Assembly: GCA_024279915.1 (NCBI GenBank)
Contig: JAJRRB010000039.1
Coordinates: forward strand, 652-64,651
Length of the DNA stretch: 64,000 nucleotides
Direction of reading: 5' to 3'
Origin: Deltaproteobacteria bacterium
GTDB taxonomy: Bacteria > Desulfobacterota > Desulfuromonadia > Desulfuromonadales > BM103
Shown here: positions 45,454 through 55,623 of the stretch, in pieces
How positions within the stretch are numbered: the stretch's first letter is position 1
Layout: every line of letters begins with the position of its first letter
Notes under the pieces: model-generated
Seen by the model: only the letters and a program-made list of their open reading frames with translations
What the model was told of the DNA's origin: nothing
The model's database searches: none
Translations under genes and position numbers: made by a program

Positions 45454-46863
45454 ATGACCCCACAAGAAGTAGTCAAGTTTGCCGAGGACAATAATTGCAA
45501 AATGGTCGATTACAAGTTTCTCGACTTCGTTGGTATATGGCAGCATTTTTCCACGCCGCTCGCGGAATTCAGTGAAGACACATTTGAAGAGGGTATCGGT
45601 TTTGATGGTTCTTCAATTCGCGGCTGGCAGCCGATTCATAACTCGGACATGCTGATCATGCCTGATCCGACTACGGCCAAGGTTGATCCTTTTGTCAAGG
45701 TCGCGACCCTCAGCCTGATCTGTAACATCATTGATCCGATCACCAAAGAAGGCTACACCCGCGACCCGCGTTTCATCGCTCAGAAAGCTGAAGCTTATCT
45801 GAAGTCAACTGGTCTTGCTGATACCGCATACTTCGGTCCCGAGCCTGAATTTTTCATCTTTGACGATGTCCGTTATGCATCAACGGCAAACGAGTCTTTC
45901 TACTCGGTTGACTCGGTTGAAGGCGTTTGGAACACTGGCCGTGAAGAATTCCCGAACCTCGGTTACAAGCCGCGTCACAAGGAAGGCTACTTCCCTTGTG
46001 CTCCGACTGATAGCATGATCGACCTGCGCAACGAAATGGTCGAAGTTCTGCAGAGTGTCGGCATGACCATCGAAGCCGTCCATCACGAAGTTGCTAGCGG
46101 TGGCCAGGCCGAAATCGACATGCGTTTCGATTCTCTGCTCAGCATGGGTGATACCCTGCAGTGGTTCAAGTACATCGTCAAGAACGTCGCCATGCGGAAC
46201 GGCAAGACCGTTACTTTCATGCCGAAGCCAATCTTCGGTGACAACGGTTCCGGTATGCACTGCCACATGTCGCTCTGGATGAAAGGCGAAAACCTCTTTG
46301 CCGGTGACGGCTACGGCGGCCTCTCCAAGATGGCCATGTACTACATTGGCGGCATCATGAAGCATGCCAAGGCTCTCTGCGCCTTCACCAACCCAAGCAC
46401 CAACTCCTACAAGCGCTTGGTGGCCGGCTACGAAGCCCCGGTCAACCTGGCCTATTCGAACCGTAACCGTTCCGCTTCTCTGCGCATCCCGGTGACCGAC
46501 AATCCGAAATCGAAGCGGGTCGAGTACCGTACGCCTGACCCGAGTTGCAACGGCTACCTGGCCTTTGCTGCGCTGATGATGGCTGGTCTCGACGGTATTG
46601 AGAACAAGATTGATCCGGGCGATCCGCTCGACAAGGATATCTACGGTCTGTCCCCTGAAGAGTTGAAAGACATTCCGAATGTCGCTGGTTCTCTCGGCGA
46701 AGCTCTGGATTGCCTGGAAGCTGATCACGACTTCCTGCTCAAGGGAGATGTCTTCACCAAAGATGTTATTGAAATGTGGGTTTCCTACAAGCGTGAAGCT
46801 GAGGTTGACGCAGTGCGTATGCGTCCATGCCCGGAAGAGTTCGCTCTTTACTTCGACTGTTAA
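45454..46863 (+). CDS. glnA: Glutamine synthetase type I
   Basis: Motifs: [65 protein letters not shown], plus an adenylylation-loop-like DKDIYGL. ATG 45454 is preferred over GTG 45445 on RBS spacing. Confidence 0.95.
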   Translation: MTPQEVVKFAEDNNCKMVDYKFLDFVGIWQHFSTPLAEFSEDTFEEGIGFDGSSIRGWQPIHNSDMLIMPDPTTAKVDPFVKVATLSLICNIIDPITKEGYTRDPRFIAQKAEAYLKSTGLADTAYFGPEPEFFIFDDVRYASTANESFYSVDSVEGVWNTGREEFPNLGYKPRHKEGYFPCAPTDSMIDLRNEMVEVLQSVGMTIEAVHHEVASGGQAEIDMRFDSLLSMGDTLQWFKYIVKNVAMRNGKTVTFMPKPIFGDNGSGMHCHMSLWMKGENLFAGDGYGGLSKMAMYYIGGIMKHAKALCAFTNPSTNSYKRLVAGYEAPVNLAYSNRNRSASLRIPVTDNPKSKRVEYRTPDPSCNGYLAFAALMMAGLDGIENKIDPGDPLDKDIYGLSPEELKDIPNVAGSLGEALDCLEADHDFLLKGDVFTKDVIEMWVSYKREAEVDAVRMRPCPEEFALYFDC

Positions 46864-46887
46864 GAAAGAAAATGTGAAATGTGGAAC

Positions 46888-46923
46888 GAGAAAGCCCCCA
46901 GTCACCAGACTGGGGGCTTTCTC
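46888..46923. terminator. Strong bidirectional hairpin terminator (GAGAAAGCCCCCAGT-6 nt-ACTGGGGGCTTTCTC)
   Basis: A perfect 15-bp stem lies between convergent glnA and the DUF3179 gene. Confidence 0.8.
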
Positions 46924-46957
46924 TGCTTATCTCTCTAATTGCATTAAACTTTTGGAT

Positions 46958-47887
46958 TTAAGGGTCATAGATGTTTGATCCTGGATATATCCCTTTCCAG
47001 ACAAACCAGTAAAGGATCATGTGATCGATGCTGTTACCCTTCTGGTCTTTGACGGTCAGGCTGTCAGTTTTCGCTTCAAATTTCAATATTATTTCTGTGG
47101 TTCCGATAGTGTCACTGATCTGCTTTTCTGCGCGCAGCTCTTTAAGTTTGTACGCCTTGGATGTTCCACCTATCTCAATACCAACCACCAACTCCTTCTC
47201 TTCCGCACCAGGTCCTCCTTTAAGAAACCCAAACAGGCCGCTGCGGCTTTCGTAGTAGCTTTCATAAGGGTCTTTTGAATAATCACGTACATGGCCGGTT
47301 GCTGGCGTTAGAGCCTCTGTATCAGGATGCTTTTTACGCCATTTGCCCCAGGTTGTCAGCGTCGAAGGCAGACGAGTCAGCTTTGTGTTGGTCATGGGAC
47401 CAGTCACGGCGTATTGCAACACCTGTGACCAGAGAGACTCGGTTTGCTGGTCGTACATCAAAACATTGGATTTGTAGAGCAGACCGGAAACGCCGAAACG
47501 GTAGGTCTGGTTGTTTATCTTCCGGGAGTACACGGCTCCCGCAAAAGCAAGTGGTCACCAGCTGACCAGTAACGGGTCGCCACCAAAATCATCATTGACC
47601 AGTTCGTGCCAGGAGAGAATACGGGTAGGATAGGCGCGGGCGATGCCGTTATGAAACACGCCAAGGACTTGATCGTCATCGGTCAGGAAATCCACCCATT
47701 TTGCCGGTAGCGTTTTCGGTTCAAAGAGGGCTGGGATGCCGTCGCGCGGAGGTCCACCGGACTGGATCTGGTCGATGTCGATACTGTGCTTGGAGTAGTC
47801 CCAGCCGGAGAGTGCAGAGGCTGGGAAGGTCAGGGTGATGAAGGCCGAGGTAATAAAGAGAATGGCCAGTGAAAGAATGCGTGTCAT
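46958..47887 (-). CDS. DUF3179-family secreted protein with an in-frame TGA (47555-47557) at the first Cys of the family's CPLC motif; candidate selenoprotein (or a nonsense pseudogene)
   Basis: RBS GGAGGTG plus ATG 47887 gives the signal peptide MTRILSLAILFITSAFITLTFPASA. The sequence ..RAYPTRILSWHELVNDDFGGDPLLVSW[TGA]PLAFAGAVYSRKINNQTYRFGVSGLLYKSNVLMYDQQTESLWSQ.. follows. Both halves are in the same frame, and 198 codons remain open after the TGA. Confidence 0.6.
47518..47546 (-). promoter_or_regulatory. SECIS-like stem-loop 9-37 nt downstream of the in-frame UGA
   Basis: The mRNA reads UGA-CCACUUGC-UUUU-G-CGGGAG-CCGUGUA-CUCCCG-G-AAGA. This gives a 6-bp GC-rich upper stem, a 7-nt loop containing GU, and a 4-bp lower stem across a G.G mismatch. 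The apical loop starts 19 nt after the UGA. Confidence 0.4.
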
Positions 47888-48000
47888 GATCACCTCCGTA
47901 ATGGTCAATCCCATTATCTCAATCTGACCACAGGCAAGTCAAATGAGTGGAGAAGTTTTGTTCATACGCCATATCCGAATCACGATTAAACCAATTGGCG

Positions 48001-49389
48001 CTACAAAGCATTCTCCGCAAGGTACGATTTGACAGTGTCAGTCGATGCATCAATCGTCTCGCAACGGCGTTCACGCTCTTCAAGGCCTTCTAAACTGGCT
48101 GGCCGCTCTGGATCTTTACCGGTTGCCTGGTTGACGGCGTCTGGGAATTTGGCCGGATGAGCTGTTGCCAGGCAGATGACAGGATATTCCCCACCGGAGA
48201 GATCCTTGCCCGCTTTGATTCCCGTTGCTGTGTGCGGGTCCAGGACGTAACCGGTGGCCTTGTGGAAATCGCGAATGGTCGCCAGAGTTTGATCATTATT
48301 CACGGAAGTTGCCAGGAATATTTCGTTGATCTCAGCTATCTGTTCATCGGTAAATGACAGCTGTCCTGTTTCGGAAAACTGTCGCATGGCTGAGGCCAGT
48401 CGCTCTGAATTTTCATTGAAGAGATAGAAAAGATAACGCTCCAGATTGCTCGCGTTCTGGATGTCCATCGATGGCGAGAAGGTCGGGTGGACATCGCCTG
48501 TCGAGTAGTCACCATCATTAACGAAGCGCGAGAGGATGTTGTTGGCGTTGGTAGCCAGCACCAGCTTTTCGATTGGCAGCCCCATCCTTTTTGCGATGTA
48601 ACCGGCAAAAATATCTCCGAAGTTTCCGGTTGGTACCGAGAAGTAGACTTTATCCGCTCCAGTTTGCTTGCGAACCTGGCCCCAGGCGTAGAAGTAATAG
48701 ACGACCTGGGCGAGAACGCGTGCCCAGTTAATTGAATTAACGGCGCCGAGAGCATGTTGCTTCTTGAACTCCAAGTCGCCAAAGATCTCTTTGACGATTT
48801 GTTGGCCGTCGTCGAAGGTCCCTTCAATGGCAAGATTGAAAACATTTGCGTCAGTAACCGTTGTCATTTGCAATTCCTGCACTGCCGAGACTTTTTTATG
48901 CGGGTGAAGGATGAAAATTTTGATGTTTTTTTTGCCACGCACACCGTAGATGGCTGCACTGCCGGTGTCTCCGGAGGTTGCGCCGATGATGTTCATATGC
49001 TCACCAGACTCTGCGAGCAGGTACTCGAACAGGTTGCCCAGAAATTGCAGCGCAACGTCTTTGAAGGCGAGGGTGGGGCCGTGAAAGAGTTCAAGGATGT
49101 AGAGACCATCTTTGTGCACGACCGGAGTGATGTCAGGGTTCGTAAAGCTGGCGTAGGATCGATCAATCATATCTTTCAGCTTTGCGGCTGGGATATCTTC
49201 GATGAAATAACTCATGACCTGGAAGGCAAGCTCCGGGTAAGCCAGCATTGCCAGAGCGTCGAGATCGCCAGGAGTAAGTTGTGGAATCGTCTCAGGTAAC
49301 AGCAGACCGCCATCCTCTGCCAGGCCCATCATAACTGCCTGTTTAAATGGGATGTTTTTGACCTGACCACGGGTACTTTGGTATTTCAT
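48001..49389 (-). CDS. thrC: Threonine synthase
   Basis: MKYQSTRG...; the PLP-lysine context is FHGPTLAFKDVALQ; also GATSGDTGSAA. 462 aa. Confidence 0.93.
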   Translation of the reverse strand: MKYQSTRGQVKNIPFKQAVMMGLAEDGGLLLPETIPQLTPGDLDALAMLAYPELAFQVMSYFIEDIPAAKLKDMIDRSYASFTNPDITPVVHKDGLYILELFHGPTLAFKDVALQFLGNLFEYLLAESGEHMNIIGATSGDTGSAAIYGVRGKKNIKIFILHPHKKVSAVQELQMTTVTDANVFNLAIEGTFDDGQQIVKEIFGDLEFKKQHALGAVNSINWARVLAQVVYYFYAWGQVRKQTGADKVYFSVPTGNFGDIFAGYIAKRMGLPIEKLVLATNANNILSRFVNDGDYSTGDVHPTFSPSMDIQNASNLERYLFYLFNENSERLASAMRQFSETGQLSFTDEQIAEINEIFLATSVNNDQTLATIRDFHKATGYVLDPHTATGIKAGKDLSGGEYPVICLATAHPAKFPDAVNQATGKDPERPASLEGLEERERRCETIDASTDTVKSYLAENAL

Positions 49390-49566
49390 CTTGTCTCTTC
49401 CTTATGTTCGTATTGTGGACGGCATTTTAACAGGACTTTCTCCTTCAGCAAAGGGGAAACCGGGACTTGAGACGCGAAAGACAAAAGCATCATCATAACA
49501 AAAGCAAAGAGGGCAACCCATGGTGGGCTGCCCTCTAAATTTTCACGTTCTGTGTTTCTCGTACCG

Positions 49567-51834
49567 TTATTTCTTGCTTCCGGCATACTCCTGAGCATCG
49601 ACAACCGCAACCGCTGACATGTTGACAATGTCAGCAACAGCATCACCGCGCTGCAGGATATGAACAGGTTTCTTCATGCCCATGAGGATTGGTCCGATCT
49701 GCTCAGCCCCACCCAGTTTATGCAGCAGTTTGTAAGCAATATTTCCGGACTGCAGGTCGGGGAAGATGAAGACGTTGGCATCACCTTTGAGCTTGGAGAA
49801 GGGGTATTGTTGTTCGACCAGTTCCGGATCGAGGGCCACGTTGGCCTGCAATTCACCTTCAACAATCAGGTCAGGAGACTGGGCTTTAACCAGTGCAGTG
49901 GCCTTCTTGACCTTAGTTGTCAGGGGATGTGGGGCACTACCGAAGTTGGAAAATGACAGCATGGCAACTTTCGGTTCGAAATCGAACTGCGCGGCTTTCT
50001 GAGCCGTCAGGATAGCGGTCTCGGCCAACTCTTCAGCCGTTGGTTCGATGGCCACGGTGGTGTCGGCGAAGAAGGTTGCTTCTTTCTTGGTAACCATCAT
50101 GTACATACCGTGGACCTTGGAGAGGCCTTCACGCTTGCCGATGATCTCAAGGGCCGGACGGATGGTCTCAGGATAGTGATGATTAATTCCCGAGAGCAGG
50201 GAGTCTGCATCACCTTTGAGAACCATCATTGAACCAAAGTGGTTACGGCTTGTGCTGATAGTTCGTCGGGCCTCGGCCTGGGTTACACCTTTACGCTGAC
50301 GCATGACGTAGAATTCTTCGGTGTAACTTTCTATCATATCGCTTTTAACAGGATCAATAATTGTAATGCCGGTCAAATCCAGGTTAGCATTGGCAGCATT
50401 GGCCCTGATTTCAGCTTCGTCTCCAAGCAGGATCGGTTTGGCGATACCTTCGTCGACGAGGATCTGGGCTGCACGTATGATCTTCTCTTCTTCACCTTCA
50501 GGGAAGACGATCCGTTTCGGGCATGCCTTGGCCTTGTTGATCAGAGTCCGCATAATCTGCTTGGAATGACCCTGCATTGCTTCCAGACGCTCCTTGTATT
50601 CATCCATATTCTCGATAGGGCGACGGGCAACACCCGAATCCATGGCGGCCTGCGCGACAGCTGGAGCGACGTGCAACAGAACACGTGGATCGAAAGGCTT
50701 GGGGATGATGTACTCGCGACCGAATTTGATCTCTTCCCCGGCGTAAGCTTTACGCACTGAATCGGGAACGTCCTCTTTGGCCAATTCGGCCAGAGCCTTA
50801 ACACAAGCCAACTTCATCTCGTCGTTGATGGCGCTGGCATGGGTATCGAGTGCGCCTCGGAAGAGGAAGGGGAAGCAGAGCACGTTGTTGACCTGGTTGT
50901 TGTAATCAGAGCGACCAGTGCCAATGATGACGTCACCTCTAACGGCTTTGGCTTCTGGTGGGGTAATCTCGGGGTCGGGATTGGCCATGGCAAAGACGAT
51001 CGGGTCTTTAGCCATTGATTTCAACATGTCGGTCGTGAGAGCACCTTTGGCCGATACGCCGAAGAAGATGTCCGCGTCAACCATAGCATCTGCAAGAGTC
51101 CTGGCCTCAGTTTCGGCTGCCAGGCGCTCTTTGTATTCGTTCATCCCTGCGGTGCGTCCTTTGTAGATAACGCCTTTGGTGTCGCAGAGGATGACGTTGT
51201 TCTTGTCGATGCCCATGGTGATCGCGAGGTTGGCGCAGGCGATGCCAGCCGCACCGGCACCATTGACTACGATTTTGGATTTAGTGATGTCTTTACCGAC
51301 GATCTCAAGCGCATTCACCATGCCAGCCGCAGAAATGATTGCGGTACCGTGTTGATCGTCATGAAAGACCGGGATGTTCATGATCTTATTGAGCTCTTCT
51401 TCGATATAGAAGCACTCAGGCCCTTTGATATCTTCGAGGTTGATGCCGCCAAAGGTTGGTTCAAGCAGCTTGACGGTGCGGATCAGTTCGTCGGAGTCCT
51501 TGGTGTTGAGTTCGATGTCGAACACGTCAACGTCGGCAAAACTCTTAAAGAGAACCCCTTTGCCTTCCATGACTGGTTGGCCTGCCAGGGCGCCGATATC
51601 GCCGAGGCCAAGTACTGCGGTACCATTTGATACAACCGCGACCAGATTCCCTTTTGCGGTATATTTATAGGCATCATCAGGATTCTTTTCTATTTCCAGG
51701 CAAGGCTCAGCAACCCCAGGGCTGTAAGCCAGCGAGAGATCTCTGCTTGTGGCACATGGTTTGGTGGTAATAACTTCGATTTTACCTTTGCGCCCCATTG
51801 AGTGATAATCAAGCGCTTCCTGACGTTTTGACAT
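49567..51834 (-). CDS. maeB: NADP-dependent malic enzyme (malic enzyme + phosphotransacetylase-like domain)
   Basis: 755 aa. The N-terminus reads ALDYH...GKIEV..TKP, then [25 protein letters not shown] and NGAGAAG, followed by a C-terminal PTA-like domain. Confidence 0.92.
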   Translation of the reverse strand: MSKRQEALDYHSMGRKGKIEVITTKPCATSRDLSLAYSPGVAEPCLEIEKNPDDAYKYTAKGNLVAVVSNGTAVLGLGDIGALAGQPVMEGKGVLFKSFADVDVFDIELNTKDSDELIRTVKLLEPTFGGINLEDIKGPECFYIEEELNKIMNIPVFHDDQHGTAIISAAGMVNALEIVGKDITKSKIVVNGAGAAGIACANLAITMGIDKNNVILCDTKGVIYKGRTAGMNEYKERLAAETEARTLADAMVDADIFFGVSAKGALTTDMLKSMAKDPIVFAMANPDPEITPPEAKAVRGDVIIGTGRSDYNNQVNNVLCFPFLFRGALDTHASAINDEMKLACVKALAELAKEDVPDSVRKAYAGEEIKFGREYIIPKPFDPRVLLHVAPAVAQAAMDSGVARRPIENMDEYKERLEAMQGHSKQIMRTLINKAKACPKRIVFPEGEEEKIIRAAQILVDEGIAKPILLGDEAEIRANAANANLDLTGITIIDPVKSDMIESYTEEFYVMRQRKGVTQAEARRTISTSRNHFGSMMVLKGDADSLLSGINHHYPETIRPALEIIGKREGLSKVHGMYMMVTKKEATFFADTTVAIEPTAEELAETAILTAQKAAQFDFEPKVAMLSFSNFGSAPHPLTTKVKKATALVKAQSPDLIVEGELQANVALDPELVEQQYPFSKLKGDANVFIFPDLQSGNIAYKLLHKLGGAEQIGPILMGMKKPVHILQRGDAVADIVNMSAVAVVDAQEYAGSKK

Positions 51835-52303
51835 GTTTGATGCCTCCCTGGCTCGTTGCGTAAAGCCAATAATTGTTCCTGATTTTTGTTTTAGTAAAAA
51901 AATTTAGCAATAATAAAAAGTCTAGATAATGCTCATAACAACACTTTGTCAAGGAAAAACGCCTTGACCAGCAAGAGTTGCTCATTTACAGATCGGCAAG
52001 ATTATACATATCTCAGATAGCAATGCTGATGCCAATCTGTAGACTTAGGTAAAAAAATCCAAGTAACACTAAAGTTATCGCTTTTATCGTGGGCGTCAAG
52101 TTGTGTCAGCGATCAAAGAGATGAGAAAAGGTGGTGCCTTTGTGGCTGAAATTGGCCGAGGAAGGCTATTATTCAGCATTTTTTGCCAGAAAGATTGACA
52201 GGTCAGTTTCCAGACTATAATTAAGAGGCGTCATTTTTTGACGTACAATAATTGAAACTCAATTATTTTTGCTATTATTCTTAAAATCAGGTTGTCTTTA
52301 AAG

Positions 52304-52816
52304 ATGAATAGTTTTTCTGATTCACCGTTAAGAATAGCAGTCCTCTCAGATACTCATCTTGCCGATTCAGTCGATGCACATGCTTTCTTGTTGAAACTGA
52401 TTGAAGATGTACTTGCTCCGGTTGATATGATTTTACATGCAGGTGACCTGGTTGCTCCTGACCTTTTGAGTGCATTTGATGGTTATCCACTCCACGCTGT
52501 CCGTGGCAATATGGACTTGGCAATATCGGGCGTGCCGACGAAAAAAATCATTAAAGTTGGCGATTATACGATAGGGATGATCCACGGCTGGGGGCCGCAC
52601 AAGGGGATAGAGGAAAGAGCTTACGCAGAGTTCTCATCGGTTTCGCTCGACTGCCTGGTCTATGGGCATAGCCACATTCCTGTATGCCATCGACGCGAGG
52701 GTGTTTTGTTCTTTAACCCTGGTAGTGCAACAGACAGGCGAAGTATGGCGTACCATAGCATCGGTCTGCTAGAGGTTGGTAACGACATTCAGGGAACGAT
52801 CATCCGGCTTGATTGA
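52304..52816 (+). CDS. YfcE/MJ0936-family metallophosphoesterase
   Basis: RIAVLSDTHL, HAGD, GNMD, and VYGHSHIP are the metallophosphoesterase motifs. The ORF is open from 52292 (TTG). Confidence 0.8.
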   Translation: MNSFSDSPLRIAVLSDTHLADSVDAHAFLLKLIEDVLAPVDMILHAGDLVAPDLLSAFDGYPLHAVRGNMDLAISGVPTKKIIKVGDYTIGMIHGWGPHKGIEERAYAEFSSVSLDCLVYGHSHIPVCHRREGVLFFNPGSATDRRSMAYHSIGLLEVGNDIQGTIIRLD

Positions 52817-52843
52817 TGGCGTCGTAAATAAGTTGGGAGGCAA

Positions 52844-53329
52844 ATGATGGATCGATTATGGGCACCCTGGCGGGTTGAATACATTCAGGGGCCGGAAGAG
52901 GATCATTGCATATTCTGTGTCGATGAAGATCCTGCCAATGATCAGGCACGCCTGATTATGGCTCGCGGCAAACATAGCTATGTCATTATGAATCGTTACC
53001 CCTACTCAAGTGGCCACCTTATGGTCGCTCCCTACCGGCATCTGGCAGATACCGCCGAACTTGAAAATCATGAGGCTCTTGAAATCCATCAGATGATGGT
53101 TCGTAGTCAAAGAGTGCTGCGTGACGTCTGTGTCGCTAAGGGCTTTAATATCGGCTGGAACATTGGCAAGGCTGCCGGAGCGGGCGTCGCGGATCATATC
53201 CACATGCATATCGTGCCTCGCTGGGCCGGTGATAGTAACTTTATGCCAATTCTTGCGGAGACCAGGGTGATTCCTGAGCATATAGAAACGACCTATTCTT
53301 TACTCACCAAGGCTTGTGTCGAAATATAG
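52844..53329 (+). CDS. HIT-family nucleotide hydrolase/transferase
   Basis: The CIFC zinc-type motif, NRYPYSSGHLMV, and the histidine triad HIHMHIVPRW. Confidence 0.85.
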   Translation: MMDRLWAPWRVEYIQGPEEDHCIFCVDEDPANDQARLIMARGKHSYVIMNRYPYSSGHLMVAPYRHLADTAELENHEALEIHQMMVRSQRVLRDVCVAKGFNIGWNIGKAAGAGVADHIHMHIVPRWAGDSNFMPILAETRVIPEHIETTYSLLTKACVEI

Positions 53330-53464
53330 TCAATGAGTCGTGGTTTTCATTGTATTCCTGTATAAAAACTAATAAAATCAGTTGGATGACATCGTGTTGT
53401 TACTCGTCTTGCGCTGATGGCATCCTCGCCTATGACCTTAATCTTCTAAGGAGTTCTGATCAAT

Positions 53465-54064
53465 ATGTGGCTCGTTATCCAAAAAGGCGGATACTTGATG
53501 TATCCGATTGCTCTCTGTTCCATCATCGCTCTCGGGATTTTTCTGGAACGTCTCTGGACCTATATCAAGGTACGGCAGCAGTTTAGAGAGCTTGCTCATC
53601 AGGTTGAGCCATTAGTCGCCAAAGAACACCATGATGAAGCTGTTGCCATTTGTCATAAGTCTGACTCTCCCTTAGCCCAGGTTTTCCTTGCCGCACTGCG
53701 CGCCGTTGGTCGCAACCGCGAGCAGATCAAGGTGGTTGTCGAGGAAACCGGTCGTCGTGAAGCGGCACCTTTGCAGCGTTTTCTGGGTCTACTGGGAACC
53801 ATCGCGACGATTTCTCCGCTATTGGGATTGCTCGGTACCGTGTTAGGCATGATCCGGGCTTTTAACGTGATCGCAACCCAGGGTATGGGTACGCCAGCCA
53901 CTCTGGGTGGTGGTATCTCGGAAGCTCTGGTGACCACCGCTGCTGGTATGACCGTTGCTATACCAGTTATCCTTGCGCACCGCTATTTAACCGGCCGTCT
54001 CGACCAGTTAATTATTGAAATGGAGGAATATTCTCTTCGTCTGGTGGATCTGTTGGGGGAATAA
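53465..54064 (+). CDS. exbB: MotA/TolQ/ExbB-family proton channel
   Basis: Three TM helices. LGLLGTVLGMIRAF...GISEALVTTAAGMTVAIP is the family signature. Confidence 0.85.
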   Translation: MWLVIQKGGYLMYPIALCSIIALGIFLERLWTYIKVRQQFRELAHQVEPLVAKEHHDEAVAICHKSDSPLAQVFLAALRAVGRNREQIKVVVEETGRREAAPLQRFLGLLGTIATISPLLGLLGTVLGMIRAFNVIATQGMGTPATLGGGISEALVTTAAGMTVAIPVILAHRYLTGRLDQLIIEMEEYSLRLVDLLGE

Positions 54065-54475
54065 ATGAGTTTTCAGCGCAAACAAAGTGATGATGAGCCG
54101 AGAATCGACATGACGCCAATGGTCGATGTGGTTTTCCTGTTGTTGATTTTCTTTATGATCTCTACGACTTTTGTCGAAAGCCCTGGTATCTCTATCAAAC
54201 TTCCCGAAGCATCATCACAGACGGTTGATCGCGAACCGAAAGAAATCAAAATCTATCTTTCCAGTGCAGGTGATATCTTTTACCATGACAAGAAAATCTC
54301 CATTGATGGGTTCAGAGAATTGCTTTTCGAACATCAGTCTGCCGCTGACAAAACGACGATCCTGCTGTTAGCAGATCAGGAGTCACGACACGGTAAGGTT
54401 GTGACTTTGATGGATCTTGCTCGCGACGCAGGTTTTGTCAAACTGGCCATTGCGACAGAACAGCGCAAAAAATGA
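54065..54475 (+). CDS. exbD: ExbD/TolR-family biopolymer transport protein
   Basis: The N-terminal IDMTPMVDVVFLLLIFFM is followed by a periplasmic domain. The stop/start is adjacent to exbB. Confidence 0.85.
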   Translation: MSFQRKQSDDEPRIDMTPMVDVVFLLLIFFMISTTFVESPGISIKLPEASSQTVDREPKEIKIYLSSAGDIFYHDKKISIDGFRELLFEHQSAADKTTILLLADQESRHGKVVTLMDLARDAGFVKLAIATEQRKK

Positions 54476-54507
54476 AAAGTAAAAAGTTAAAGGTGAAAGG
54501 TTAATGA
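54473..54507. repeat. Heptamer array TGAAAAG TAAAAAG TTAAAGG TGAAAGG TTAATGA bridging the exbD stop and the pfkA start
   Basis: Direct reading. The first unit contains the TGA stop and the last contains the ATG. Confidence 0.7.
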
Positions 54508-55604
54508 GTCGTACTATAGCAATATTGACCGGCGGTGGAGATTGCCCTGGCTTGAATGCCGTCATTCGTGGTGTTGTCCGCAGTGCCATTTTAGAGCGTA
54601 ACTGGCGGGTGATCGGTATTGAGGATGGTTTTGATGGCTTGGTCGGGGAGCCTCGCTGGCGTGAACTGACTCTTGACTCTGTGCGCGGTATTTTACCTCG
54701 CGGCGGGACGATTCTGGGGACCAGCAACCGCGGTAATCCGCTTGCTTATCCTGTTGAAGAGAATGGCAAGACGCGTTTGGTTGATCTTTCTTCCGAAGTG
54801 GTCGAGAACTTTAAGCGACTCGGTGCGTCTGCTCTGATTGCTGTCGGTGGTGACGGTACTCTTAAAATTGCCCGCACCTTACAGGAGAAGGGTATGCCGA
54901 TGGTGGGCATACCAAAAACAATCGATAATGACTTACGCGGCACGGATGTGACTTTTGGTTACAACACTGCTGTGGGCATTGTTACGGAGGCGCTGGACAG
55001 GCTGCACAGCACGGCAGAGAGCCATCATCGAATCATGGTTGTAGAAGTCATGGGGCGGGATGCTGGTTGGATTGCTCTCGAATCAGGTCTTGCCGGATCT
55101 GCTGATGTTATCCTGATTCCAGAGATTCCTTTTGACCTGAATTCTGTATGCGATGCTATTCAGCTACGCAGATCGCGAGGTAGCAAATTCTCAATTGTTG
55201 TTGCTGCGGAGGGTGCTTTCCCCGCAGAAGGTCAGAAAGTTGTTCAGTGTACAGGCGCCGAAAATAGTGGCGTTGAACGGCTGGGTGGCATTGGGGCCTT
55301 TGTTGCAGATGAGATTGCCAGACGGATTCAGATTGAAACCAGGGTTGTCGTGCTCGGTCACGTGCAGCGTGGTGGTACGCCTTCACCCTTTGACAGGATC
55401 CTTGGCTCACGTTTTGGTGTCAAGGCAGTCGAATTGATAGAAAAGGGCCAATATGGGCGTATGGTTTCACTACAGGGACGGCTGATTTGTGACGTTGATA
55501 TTGATGATGCCGTTGATTCGCTAAATCGCGTTGAGCCGGATGGTGGCCTGGTCAGGTCTGCCGAGGCTTTGGGGATCACGCTCGGGCGACCGATGCTTCG
55601 ATAA
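54504..55604 (+). CDS. pfkA: ATP-dependent 6-phosphofructokinase
   Basis: Motifs: ILTGGGDCPGLNAVIRG, VGGDGTL (Gly at the ATP/PPi discriminator position), PKTIDNDL, MGRDAGW. Confidence 0.9.
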   Translation: MSRTIAILTGGGDCPGLNAVIRGVVRSAILERNWRVIGIEDGFDGLVGEPRWRELTLDSVRGILPRGGTILGTSNRGNPLAYPVEENGKTRLVDLSSEVVENFKRLGASALIAVGGDGTLKIARTLQEKGMPMVGIPKTIDNDLRGTDVTFGYNTAVGIVTEALDRLHSTAESHHRIMVVEVMGRDAGWIALESGLAGSADVILIPEIPFDLNSVCDAIQLRRSRGSKFSIVVAAEGAFPAEGQKVVQCTGAENSGVERLGGIGAFVADEIARRIQIETRVVVLGHVQRGGTPSPFDRILGSRFGVKAVELIEKGQYGRMVSLQGRLICDVDIDDAVDSLNRVEPDGGLVRSAEALGITLGRPMLR

Positions 55605-55623
55605 GATATTCAGGAGAAATGCA

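Noticed and set aside
47555-47557. Treating the DUF3179 TGA simply as one more pseudogene lesion
   Set aside because: This reading is not fully rejected, and it remains the null hypothesis. The stop falls exactly on a motif Cys, a SECIS-like hairpin follows at the right distance, and the long downstream frame is intact, so the Sec reading is reported as a finding with its refutation criteria.
55531-55623. Upstream extension of the MCP ORF overlapping the pfkA 3' end
   Set aside because: It overlaps 74 nt of pfkA. GTG 55624 is preceded by CAGGAGA and immediately precedes the first TM segment.
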